DNA of 64,000 nt from Alphaproteobacteria bacterium (GTDB lineage Bacteria > Pseudomonadota > Alphaproteobacteria > SP197), in assembly GCA_964291265.2 (NCBI GenBank), contig OZ219747.1:2048001-2112000 (forward strand). The letters are read 5' to 3'. Below the pieces are notes generated by a model. The model searched no databases. It saw nothing but the letters and a program-made list of their open reading frames with translations, and had not been told where the DNA came from. Numbering within the stretch: position 1 is the stretch's first letter; every line of letters begins with the position of its first letter. Shown here piece by piece: positions 48,792 through 58,325 of this stretch. The position numbers were made by a program, and so were the translations under genes.

Positions 48792-49466
48792 ATGGCGGCA
48801 TGGTATGGATCGAAGGCGACGACGGGTCTGAGCCAGGCGATCGTCGCGGCCATGCCGCCGCATGACGTGTACATCGAGGCGTTCCTTGGGGGCGGCGCGA
48901 TCATGAAGCGCAAGCCACCGGCGCTACGCAGCATCGGCATTGACCTCAACCGCCGGGCGATCGACACCTTCCGCTGTGACTATCCGGTGGAGCTTCACCA
49001 AGGCTGCGCCCTGCGTTTTCTCGAGACCTTCGCCTTCCAGGGCCGCGAGCTGGTCTACTGCGACCCGCCTTACGTGCAGTCGACGCGCCGGTCGCAGCGC
49101 CGCTACCGCTTCGACTGCACGGACGATGACCATGTTGCGCTCCTCGACATCCTGACGTCGCTGCCCTGCCAGGTGATGATCTCCGGCTATCCCTCGCGGC
49201 TCTACGACACGCACCTCGCCGGCTGGCGCTCGGCCGAGGTCCAGGTCAACAACCAGGCCTGCGTTGTCACCGAGAAGCTGTGGTTCAACTTCGCACCGGG
49301 CCGACCGCACTGGCATACGTGTGCGGGCAGGAACTCGATCGACCGCCAGCGCATCAAGCGCCTCGCAGAGAGCTGGGCGCGGCGCTACCGGACGATGCCC
49401 GAAGGCGAGCGGCTCGCCGTGCTGGCGGCAGTCATGGCGGTGGAGGCGTCGTCATGGCGAGCGTGA
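48792..49466 (+). CDS. Compact Dam-like DNA adenine methyltransferase
   Basis: YGSK, motif I IEAFLGGGA, motif IV YCDPPY, VMISGY, EKLWFN; GGAG SD; its 3' end overlaps the transposase start. Confidence 0.85.
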   Translation: MAAWYGSKATTGLSQAIVAAMPPHDVYIEAFLGGGAIMKRKPPALRSIGIDLNRRAIDTFRCDYPVELHQGCALRFLETFAFQGRELVYCDPPYVQSTRRSQRRYRFDCTDDDHVALLDILTSLPCQVMISGYPSRLYDTHLAGWRSAEVQVNNQACVVTEKLWFNFAPGRPHWHTCAGRNSIDRQRIKRLAESWARRYRTMPEGERLAVLAAVMAVEASSWRA

Positions 49467-50147
49467 ACGGCACGTCTGTGCGCCAGGAGGCCGACATCTT
49501 CCAGAAGCAGTTCCAGGATCTCCGCAAGCAGGGCAAGGTCAACCAGGAGTGCGAGGAGCTCTTCCGCGGCATGCTGATGCTGATAAAGCTGTTGCTGACC
49601 GTGCTCATGGAGAAGATCACACGTAAGACAAGCCGGAACTCCGGTCTGCCGCCATCGCAGACTGACAAGGACGAGAGCGCGAGGCGCACCGGGAGCCACG
49701 GCAAGGGCCCGAAGCCGAACCAGCAGACGGGCGACAACCTGCGCACGACCACCGTCGAGGAGACGATCGTCGTTGATGCCTGCGACGCCTGCGGCGCCGA
49801 CCTCCACGACGTTGACCCCGTCGACCGGGAGTGCCGCGTCCTCTACGACATCGTGTTCGAAGTCGTCGAGCGCCGCGTCGAAGCCGAGATCAAGGAATGT
49901 CCGAAGTGCCGGGCCCGGACCAAGGGCCGGTTCCCAGACAACATGCCGGGCCCCCTGCAGTACGGCGTCAGCATCCAGGCCCTCGTCATCAACCTGCTGA
50001 TCGCCCAGATGCTGTCCCTGCGTCGTGCCGTCTCGCTGTAAGCGTTCGGCCGTTCGGTGATGGCTGATTTTGGTTGGTTTGGGTCTTGCTGACTATCGTC
50101 TGAGAAAGTGCTGGTAAACTCGTTTGGTCTCGATTATGGTCGAGGCC

Positions 50148-52580
50148 ATGAAGACTTTTGCCGAGACGCGCGGAGCGACACAGCAGCTGACGGGAGGTGG
50201 TGACGGCCTATGTCGGGCGTCAGTGGCCTTGTCATGCGAGGCGCCTGACTGGCGTGCGCTCTATGAGGCGGAGCGGGTTCGTGCGGATGCGGCGGAAGCG
50301 CGTATGCGGTGTGCCAGGCGAACTGGCGGAAGGTAGGGGGTGAAAGTCCCCTGGAACGAAGGAGTAACCAAACCACGTTTCTCCGCGAGCCGTGCGTCGG
50401 TTCCCGCGAGGGGGCAGGCGAAGCGTCGGTAGCGGTACGGATGGGCAGGGCTAATGAGCACCGAAAAAGCTATCATCCGGGGTGCCGAGGCTTTCGCATT
50501 GGTCGAAGGCAACATCGCAGGCATCGATTTGGTGAGATGTCGGCGAGCCCCGCGGTGTCAGAGAACCCATGCACGTCCGCACGCCTTCTGTTGGGACCCT
50601 GGGAGATCTTCAAACCGTCCCGCCGGTTGTGGCGGGACCGCATGGGGAAGGAGAAAACCGAAGCCTATGATGTACGGTTTGAAGAAGTCGGATGAGGCCG
50701 TAGTACCTGTGAAGGCGGCGAACAAGGAAGCGTTAGCTTCTGCGGAGTCGCTGGAGGAAAGGGCCTCAACCAAGGGGAATCCGGGACGCTAAAGCACGCA
50801 CCGAACGCAGTGTCGGGCAAGCGTGCCACAGGCGGCGGATCGGATACGGGAAGCCGCAGGCTAGTCCAGTGGTTTGCCGTCCAGTACCCGAGGTAGGAGC
50901 CGGATGGATTAACGTCCACGTCCGGATCTGCGCGGGGGGTGCGCAGCAATGCGCATCCCTACCGCGTCTGACCTGCGCCGTGCGAAGAATTCTGCCCGTG
51001 CCCGTGCGGGCACATTCAAGTTTCATCTCGACCGCACTCGTGATCAGCTCAAGGAGGCTCGCCGGGAGGTGAAGCGTGGACAGGCCCGAGCGGAGGCGCT
51101 GGAGCAGGAAAGGGACGCTCTGAAGCTCAAGAACGCTGAACAGGCGAGCGAGCTGAGGAATCTCCGCGGGACGCGTGCCAAGCACGCGACGGCGCGCTTC
51201 GGGTCGAAGAGCGAGAAACGGAAGAAGAAGGAAGGCACCGGGAACAAGCGGGGTCAGCAACCCGGCAAGAGCGGCCACGGGCGCACTCCGCGTCCGAAGC
51301 TCAAGGAGAAGCACGAACGCCATGATCCACCGGCATCGCAGCGCACGTGCCCGTGTTGCGGCGAGCCCTATGTGGCCAACGGCAGCCACGAGACCTCGAT
51401 CATGGAGGTCCATGTCAAGGCTCATATCCGGCGGATTGAACGTGGGCGTTGGCGCCGTGGTTGTCAGTGTTCGTCGGCGCCTGCGGAGATCATCGCGCCG
51501 CCACCTTTGCGCTTGCTTGCGAATACCCCCTTCGGCATCAGTGTCTGGGAATGCGTGCTCTATGAGCGCTTCGCCTGCTTGCGTCCCCTGCGCCGGGTCT
51601 CGCGATGGCTGGAAGACCAGGGACTGCCGATGGCGCCGGGAACGATCGCTGGCGGCATGAAGAAGATGACGCCGATGTTCGCGCCTCTCGCTCAGGCCAT
51701 CCTCGATCATCAGAACCGGCTGACGGTGCGCCACGGCGACGAGACCAGCTGGCGCATCCAGTCCCTCAAGGCCTCGGGGCGCTCGCAGAAGGCCTGGCTG
51801 TGGACCGCGGTCAGCGCCGACTCCGTCTTCTTCCTTATCGACCCGTCACGCAGCACCCGGGTGGCCATGGTGCTGTTCGCCTCCACCGAAGGTGTCGTCT
51901 TCCTTGTTTGCGACCGCTACGTGGTCTACAGGAAACTGGAGCGTGAGCTTGATGGCAAGGTGATCCTCTGCCTTTGCTGGGCGCACTCCAGGCGCGATGT
52001 GATCGAGGCTGCGGCAGGCCAAGAGGGGCTGGAAGAGTGGTGCGACAAGTGGCTCGACAGGATCGCGCTGATCTACACACTGAATGGGCAACGGCTGAAG
52101 CACTACGATCCCGCACGCAAGCGTCAGTCAGCGAGGTTCAATGCCCTGCAGAAGGACCTTCGTGCGGCTGTCGAGGCGCTGTTCAGGCAGGCTCAGGAGG
52201 AACTCGACGCCTTGCCCGAGGGTGCACGCGAAGCGAAGCCCTTGCGTTCCCTGATCCGTCACCGCGAGGGACTGTGCGTCTTTGTCGACCATCCCCAGGT
52301 GCCCATGGACAACAACTTTGCCGAGAGAGCCCTCCGGGGTGCGGTGACCGCGAGAAAGCTGAGCTTCGGCTCCGACAGCGAGGAAGGCGCCGCCTTCACC
52401 GCCATCATGTACTCGGTCATCGGCACCCTTGCCATGAACAACATCAATGTTCGGCGCTGGCTTCATGAGTGGCTTGAGGCCTGCGCGCAGAACGGCGGCA
52501 AGCCGCCGGATGACCTCGACCCGTGGCTGCCATGGTCGATGCCCCCGGAGCGTCGAAGGGACCTCATGGAACCGGGGTGA
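50148..52580 (+). CDS. IS66 transposase B, two exons (50148-50308 and 50969-52580)
   Basis: Spliced junction reads AEARMR/DLRRAK in frame; FGSKSEK, CPCCG, HGDETSW, VCDRY, LCWAHSRR, DNNFAERALR. Confidence 0.8.
50309..50968 (+). ncRNA. ORF-less group II intron (IIB-like), 660 nt
   Basis: 5' GTGTG; domain V GAGCCGGATG...CACGTCCGGATC (50897-50928); domain VI stem with GCAA loop and bulged A at 50961; EBS1-like CGCAT (50495-50499) complementary to the exon end ATGCG. Confidence 0.88.
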
Positions 52581-52870
52581 TCGAGTGCCGTTACGACGGC
52601 CGTGACTTCACCGCGCACGAGATGGCGCTGTTGCGCTCCCTGATCACCCAGCACCCCACCCGTGCGGCCATCGCCCGCGCCTTCTGCCGCGAGACCGGCT
52701 GATACAAGCCCGACGGGGCCTCAAGAACATGATGGCGAATGTCGCCTTTCTGGCCATGCACCGCGACGGCCTCATCACCCTGCCGCCACCCCAACGACGA
52801 GCAACCCGACCCGGACCCATCGTCTTCGGACCCAACAGCGAACCGCCACGTGGTGCGCCTCCCAAACGCA
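52577..52870 (+). pseudogene. Truncated N-terminus of an IS66-associated DUF4338-type protein
   Basis: GTGA overlap; RYDGRDFTAHEMALLRSLI...R..IARAFC...G*YKPDG, then a frameshift, then LAMHRDGLITLPPP. Confidence 0.6.
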
Positions 52871-54933
52871 TCCTCAACCGGTGAATATCACCAACAATCA
52901 CCGCGTGGCCGAACGCTTACGTCTCGCTCGTGCACGCGATCTCCGGCATCAAGCTCTCCGAGGCGACCTGCCTCGGCTATGTCCGGCGCTTTCACGATGC
53001 CCTCGCATCATGGGAGGAGGCCGCCGTGGCCCATCTCCTGCAACAACCGGCCCTGCATGTCGACGAGACCGGCTTCCGGGTCGCCGGCAAGACCCAATGG
53101 CTCCATGTCGTCACCGACGGCACCCTGACGTGCAAGTTCCCGCACCCCAAGCGCGGCCGGGAGGCGATCGAAGAGATCGGCATCATCCCGCGCTACAAGG
53201 GCGTCCTGATCCACGACTGCTGGGCTGCCTACATGGGCTACGATCAATGCCGCCACCAACTGTGCGGCAGCCATCTCCTGCGCGAACTGACCTTCGTCGT
53301 CGAGTCCAACGGCTACCGCTGGGCGCGACTGATGAAAAGCCTGCTGCGCGAGGTCTCCCGCAGGGTCAACAAGAGCGCATCCAAGACCTTGAACGAGGCC
53401 GACCGCCGGGCCGTGCGCAAGCGCTACCGCACCATCCTCACCCAGGGCGCCAAGGAACTGCCCGACATCCCGCCACGGACGAAAGGAAAACGTGGACGCA
53501 TCGCAAAGTCCGACGCGCACAACCTGCATGAACGTCTCGTGAAACACGAGAAGTCCGTCCTGCGCTTCATGAAGGACCCCAACGTCAGTTTCACCAACAA
53601 TACCGGAGAGCAGAAGATCAGGATGACAAAGGTCAAGATCAAGGTGTCCGGATGTTTCCGCACCATGCCCCACGCCAAAGCATGGTGCCGAGGCTCAAGC
53701 TACCTCACCACCATGGACGCACTCGGCTACAACCCTCACGTCGCCATCCACATCGCCCTCGACGGAAAGGCCGTAGACATCCTCAACCAACACTACGGAC
53801 AACCAGACCCTAACAAGGGGTGAGTAGTTACGATGGCGAAGCACTTCACGTGGTCCATCGACGACGAGGGTGTCTTCACCTATGGGCGCGATGAGGTTGC
53901 CATCGCCGCCGAGGCCAGGCTCGACGGCCTCTACGTGATCCGCACCAGCCTGCCGCAGAGCGAGCTCGACGGTCCCGGCACGGTGCGCGCCTACAAGCGG
54001 CTGAGTTCGGTGGAACGGGCCTTCCGCAGCCTGAAGACCGTGGATCTGAAGGTCCGCCCCGTCTACCACCGCACCGAACCCCGGGTCCGCGCCCATGTCT
54101 TCCTGTGCATGCTCGCCTACTACGTTGAATGGCACATGCGCCAGAGACTGAAGCCCATGCTGTTCGACGACGAGGATGCCGAAGGCGCCGAGGCCCGGCG
54201 GCCGTCCGTCGTGGCGCCGGCAGAAGTCTCGGCGAGCGCCCGGGCCAAGGCGGCAACGAAGAGGACGCCCGGGGGTGATCCGGTGCACAGTTTCCGCACC
54301 CTCCTCGATGATCTCGCGACCATCACCCGCAACACCGTGGCGCCCCGCCTTGCGGGCGCCAAACCCTTCCAGGTCACCACGCGGCCCACGCCGCTCCAGA
54401 GAAGGGCGCTCAAGCTTCTGGGCGTGGAGCCGTAGTGTACTCAGTCAGATGCTTCTGAGATCCATCGAATGTCATTCATATCAGGTACTTGCACTTGATC
54501 GGCGCTGGAACTTCGGGCTAGAACATCAAGAACCAAGCATCCGGGCCGAAAACGCTGCCGGTGTCGCCATGCGGACGGCACTGAAGCCACGGAATCCGTC
54601 CAGGACATCCCGATTCGGCCTCGATTCGTCGGCCTCGCGAAAGATCAGATGGCCGATTCGGGCGCGATTCATCGGCTTCCCGAAAAATCAGCCGTAGCGT
54701 AGGAAAGTCCTGTGCGCCGGATCAGCCTTCCAGCGCTCAGTGGAATGAACCCTTCATGGGGACTTACCCCGGTCCCCTACCGCGACAAGCCCCTGCGAAA
54801 CATGACAGAGACGAGGGAGGTCACATCTGCCCGGCATCCGCTCCCTTCCTTCTCCGGGAGCTGTCGCGGCATTGCGCAAGGGGTCCGGACCGGATATCTG
54901 ATCGCGCAGCCACCCGTATCGGAGCAGCCCACC

Positions 54934-56103
54934 ATGCCGAACCTGGTTCCTCCGCATGGCGGCGGCGCGCTGAAGCCCCTGCTGCTCCCTGCGGCGGAGA
55001 TCGCGGACGAGATCGAACGTGCCCGTCGGCTGGTCAGGGTTCCATTGATCAGCCGGGAGATATCGGACCTCTTCATGCTGGCAATGGGCGCCTACACTCC
55101 TCTGGCGGGTTTCATGGGGAGAGCGGACTGGTACGGCTGTTGCGTCGACATGATGACATCCGATGGTATTTTCTGGCCGGTTCCCATCACCGTTTCCTGC
55201 GACGAGGATCACGCCGAGGGCATCCGTACTGGCGACGAGGTCGCACTGGTGGATGGCATGACCGGGGAGATCCTGGCGATCCAGACGGTCAACGAAAAAT
55301 ACCCCATCGACCGGGAGCTGGAGTGCCGCGAGGTCTTTCGCACGACGAACGACGTCCACCCCGGCGTCAGGAAAGTCCTGGAACAACCGGCGATCAACCT
55401 GGGCGGTCCGATCGCGGCGCTCTCCGAGGGTCATTTCCCCCGCACCTACGCGGAGCTTTACTTGCGGCCCGTGCAAACGAGGGCCATGTTCAGGGCCAAT
55501 GGATGGTCAACCATCGCGGCCTTCCAGACCCGCAATCCGATGCATCGCAGCCATGAACACCTGGCCAAGATCGCCGTCGAGATGTGTGACGGACTTCTCA
55601 TTCATCAGGTACTCGGCGCTCTCAAGCCCGGTGACATTCCGGCAGGCGTGCGGGCCAAGGCGATCAACGCGCTGGTGGAGAACTATTTCGTGCCCGGAAC
55701 AGTCATCCAGGCGGGCTATCCCATCGAGATGCGCTATGGCGGCCCGCGCGAGGCTCTGTTGCACGCGGTCTTTCGCCAGAATTTCGGATGTACCCATCTC
55801 GTGGTCGGCCGCGATCACGCCGGTGTGGGAGACTTCTACGGTCCGTTCGATGCTCACCACATCTTCGATGCCCTGCCGGCCGGCAGCATGGAAATCCGGC
55901 CGCTCAAGATCGACGTCACGTTCTTCTGCTACAAGTGCGGCATGGCGACCGGCAAGACCTGCCCGCACGGGGAAGAAGACCGTCTGGCCATATCCGGCAC
56001 CCGGTTGCGCGCGATGTTCGCCAATCACGAGCCCATTCCCGAAGAGTTCAGCCGGCGCGAGGTGATCGATGTGCTGCAGGCCCATTACGACAGTCTTGCC
56101 TGA
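54934..56103 (+). CDS. sat: Sulfate adenylyltransferase (ATP sulfurylase)
   Basis: [45 protein letters not shown]; start re-called at MPNLV. Confidence 0.95.
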   Translation: MPNLVPPHGGGALKPLLLPAAEIADEIERARRLVRVPLISREISDLFMLAMGAYTPLAGFMGRADWYGCCVDMMTSDGIFWPVPITVSCDEDHAEGIRTGDEVALVDGMTGEILAIQTVNEKYPIDRELECREVFRTTNDVHPGVRKVLEQPAINLGGPIAALSEGHFPRTYAELYLRPVQTRAMFRANGWSTIAAFQTRNPMHRSHEHLAKIAVEMCDGLLIHQVLGALKPGDIPAGVRAKAINALVENYFVPGTVIQAGYPIEMRYGGPREALLHAVFRQNFGCTHLVVGRDHAGVGDFYGPFDAHHIFDALPAGSMEIRPLKIDVTFFCYKCGMATGKTCPHGEEDRLAISGTRLRAMFANHEPIPEEFSRREVIDVLQAHYDSLA

Positions 56104-56164
56104 CACGGCGTTCTCGGCGGCGCGGTCTCGGCAAGGGTCGGCTCAGGCTCATGGTGACACCTGA

Positions 56165-56917
56165 ATGATCATCGCCCAGATCAGCGATACCCACGTCGAA
56201 GCGAAGTCGTCAGCAGGGCCAGCCGGAGCCGATCGGGCGCTCAACCTGAGGCAGTGCGTCGCCGACATCAATCTGCAGGATGTCGATGTAGTCGTCCACA
56301 CGGGCGATTGTGTCCATCGGGGAGATCCGGGGGCCTATGCTCACTTGCGCGAAATCCTGGACGATCTGTGCGCGCCCCTGTTCATTGTTCCCGGCAACCG
56401 TGATCGGCGGGGTGAACTGTGCATCGCTTTCGAACAGCTCGCCTCGCTGCCCCCGCCTGGCGACTTTCTTCATTACGCGATCAACGCGTTTCCCATGCGC
56501 CTGATTGCCCTCGACTCGGTGGTCGACGGCGAACGAAAAGGGGTCTTCTGTGAACGCCGGCGCCGGTGGCTGGACGAAACACTGGGCGATGAACCTGACA
56601 GGCCCACGATCCTGTTCATTCATCATCCACCATTCGACATCTCACCGCATTATGTCGGAGGTTACAGGGATTCGAACGAGGCAGCAGAATTCGAAGCGCT
56701 GGTCGCGCGTCATCCGCAAGTCGTCAGGCTGCTGTGCGGTCATGTCCATTGCTTTCACCGGGAAACCTGGGGCGGCACCCTTGCCACAGCCATGCCGAGC
56801 GTGGCGGTCGATCTGCGAAAGGGGGTCCATCCAACCATCGGGACGCGGCCGCTCTACTGCCTGCATGCCACCACCGCCGACATGAATCTCGTCACGCAGG
56901 CCAGGATTGTCCCGTAA
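56165..56917 (+). CDS. Metallophosphoesterase (Icc/CpdA-like)
   Basis: QISDTH, TGD, PGNRD (Arg in place of the usual His), HHPP, CGHVH. Confidence 0.82.
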   Translation: MIIAQISDTHVEAKSSAGPAGADRALNLRQCVADINLQDVDVVVHTGDCVHRGDPGAYAHLREILDDLCAPLFIVPGNRDRRGELCIAFEQLASLPPPGDFLHYAINAFPMRLIALDSVVDGERKGVFCERRRRWLDETLGDEPDRPTILFIHHPPFDISPHYVGGYRDSNEAAEFEALVARHPQVVRLLCGHVHCFHRETWGGTLATAMPSVAVDLRKGVHPTIGTRPLYCLHATTADMNLVTQARIVP

Positions 56918-57193
56918 CGGCAGGCAGACTGAGAATCGCCATGCGATCACGCGGCAGAAGGCTGTCGGAAACTCAGATGCTGCCGCAGCATGGAGGCCCC
57001 TGCCTCCGGGTCTCGACCGCTCCGCGTCGCACTTCGCGTACGACGCGGAGAGCCTCATCGGGCACTCTGCCGGACTTGCTCGCGAGCCGCAATCGTGCCT
57101 GTGCGTCCGAATCAACCGAGGCAGTGCAGGAGGGTCCGCTTTCCGGCGCGCAGATGGCGGCGCGGAACGGGTCCCGGTTCGGTCCGCTGCCTT

Positions 57194-57752
57194 TCCGGCG
57201 AGGCCGTCAGCAGGCGCCCCAGGAGGCCTGGTATGTGCCGGCCTGTCGTGGACATGTGCGAGGGCCTGCCGGGCTGGGAGGCGTTGAACGATTGCACGGC
57301 ACTCTTCGAGACCGCGGACACCGCGCCTTCGGGACGCTTCCTCGACTATCCGGCCGAGTGGGGTGATTCGAACAGCAAGCGCATCGAGGCGCTCGATCTT
57401 GATGACGTTTCCATTCCGTCGGGAGGCGAGGGTTCGCTCATCACGGAGATCCGCTCGGCCGTCGAACGCGAGGCGCCGCTGCTCCTGATGTTCCGGGAGC
57501 CGCACTGGATCCATGCGCAGATCGACCTTCAGCGCGTCTTTCTTCCCGAGTACTTCGATGGCTGCCGCTCAAGGAGTCGCACCCGGGCGCTTGGAGACTG
57601 CTCGAGGTCTATTGTCGATCACCAATGCCGAGCAGGCCCAGATGATGTCGGAGATTGACGACAAGGGCTGCGATCTGACGGAAGTCGTCCGGGAATGGCT
57701 CGACAACAATTCCGGAACGGTCGAGGGCTGGATCGATCAGGCGTCCATGTAA
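57194..57752 (+). pseudogene. Degraded 3' duplicate of the OpuAC-family SBP gene
   Basis: VVDMCEGLPGWEAL...; frameshifts and a deletion; no 5' half. Confidence 0.9.
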
Positions 57753-58325
57753 CGACTGGCGTCCTTTCCGGGAGAGGATCGGGGAGGCTGGTGTTGCGCC
57801 GGTCTCCTCCTTTTCTTGAGCACAGTCGCGATCACCCTGCCCGGGTGAGCACCAGGTTGTGATGCCGGTCCCTGGTGGCGGACCAGCCATCGGGCACCGC
57901 GATGGTGGCCGTGTCGTCCTCGATCAGGGCCGGCCCTGCGAGTGCCGCACCGGGCACCATCGCGGTCCGGTGACCGATGACGCCGTCACGCCATTCTCCC
58001 TGGTCGTGGTAGCGCGAGGGCTGGAAGGGGATCCCCTCGTTGCCCGGTTCCTCCTTCAGCGCCGGCACGTCCTCGAGCGGAGCCGACACGCCGAGACGGA
58101 AGGCGACGATCTCGATGGGTCTGGAGGCATCCCCGCCATGCATGAAGACCCTGTGATGCTCATCGGCAAAACGTGTCCTGAGACCACTGGTTGTCAGCCC
58201 TGACGGCGGATCCATGGGGACCGCGACCTCGAATGCCTGTCCGACGAACCTCATGTCGGCAACGAACGACATGCGTGGCCGAGACCCAAGGCCCATCAGG
58301 ACAAAGCGCTCGACCGCGCGCCTTG
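57194..58325 (+). repeat. Right copy of the ~1.2-kb direct repeat
   Basis: Matches 34793-36032 with a ~90-bp deletion and small indels in the SBP part. Confidence 0.93.

Larger units (their letters stand above)
50038..52920 (+). mobile_element. IS66-family element B (~2.2 kb native) containing a group II intron
   Basis: IRs GTAAGCGTTCGGCC-nnn-CGGTGAT (21/24); 8-bp TSD GTCTCGCT (50030-50037, 52921-52928). Confidence 0.93.
49454..53823 (+). pseudogene. IS66 (TnpC-type) transposase A, interrupted by IS66 element B (segments 49454-50037 and 52929-53823)
   Basis: SRNSGLPPSQ, CDAC/CPKC, the junction rejoins RRAVSL/VHAISG, HVDETG, QLCGSHLLREL, FTNNTGEQKIR. Confidence 0.88.
48485..53831 (+). mobile_element. 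IS66-family element A (~2.46 kb native) with methyltransferase passenger
   Basis: Perfect 15-bp IR GTAACTACTCACCCC; 8-bp TSD GATGGCGA (48477-48484, 53832-53839). Confidence 0.93.
47356..54435 (+). pseudogene. IS1634 transposase, nonsense TAG at 47467 and split by IS66 (segments 47356-48484 and 53840-54435)
   Basis: MYIEAVPNR...KRTIANLSK*; LYDLTS, VGDRGM; the junction rejoins KYKMA/KHF; VERAFRSLK, RVRAHVFLCMLAY. Confidence 0.9.
47208..54516 (+). mobile_element. IS1634-family element (~1.95 kb native) enclosing two IS66 and an intron
   Basis: IRs CCGAAGTTCC / GGAACTTCGG; 6-bp TSD GCTAGA (47202-47207, 54517-54522). Confidence 0.9.
39738..54712 (+). mobile_element. ISAs1-family element (~2.3 kb native) enclosing all nested elements
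   Basis: IRs CAAGGCCTTCCCACGCT / rc CAGGACTTTCCTACGCT (13/17); 9-bp TSD TGCGCCGGA at 39729-39737 and 54713-54721. Confidence 0.8.

Noticed and set aside
50309-50792. Short ORFs inside the intron as genes
   Set aside because: No RT (YADD) or other motifs; the sequence is explained by ribozyme domains.
56920-57190. Possible gene remnant at the island's right junction
   Set aside because: Only a few suggestive residues (RDPEAGASMLRQHL on the minus strand); not enough to assign.
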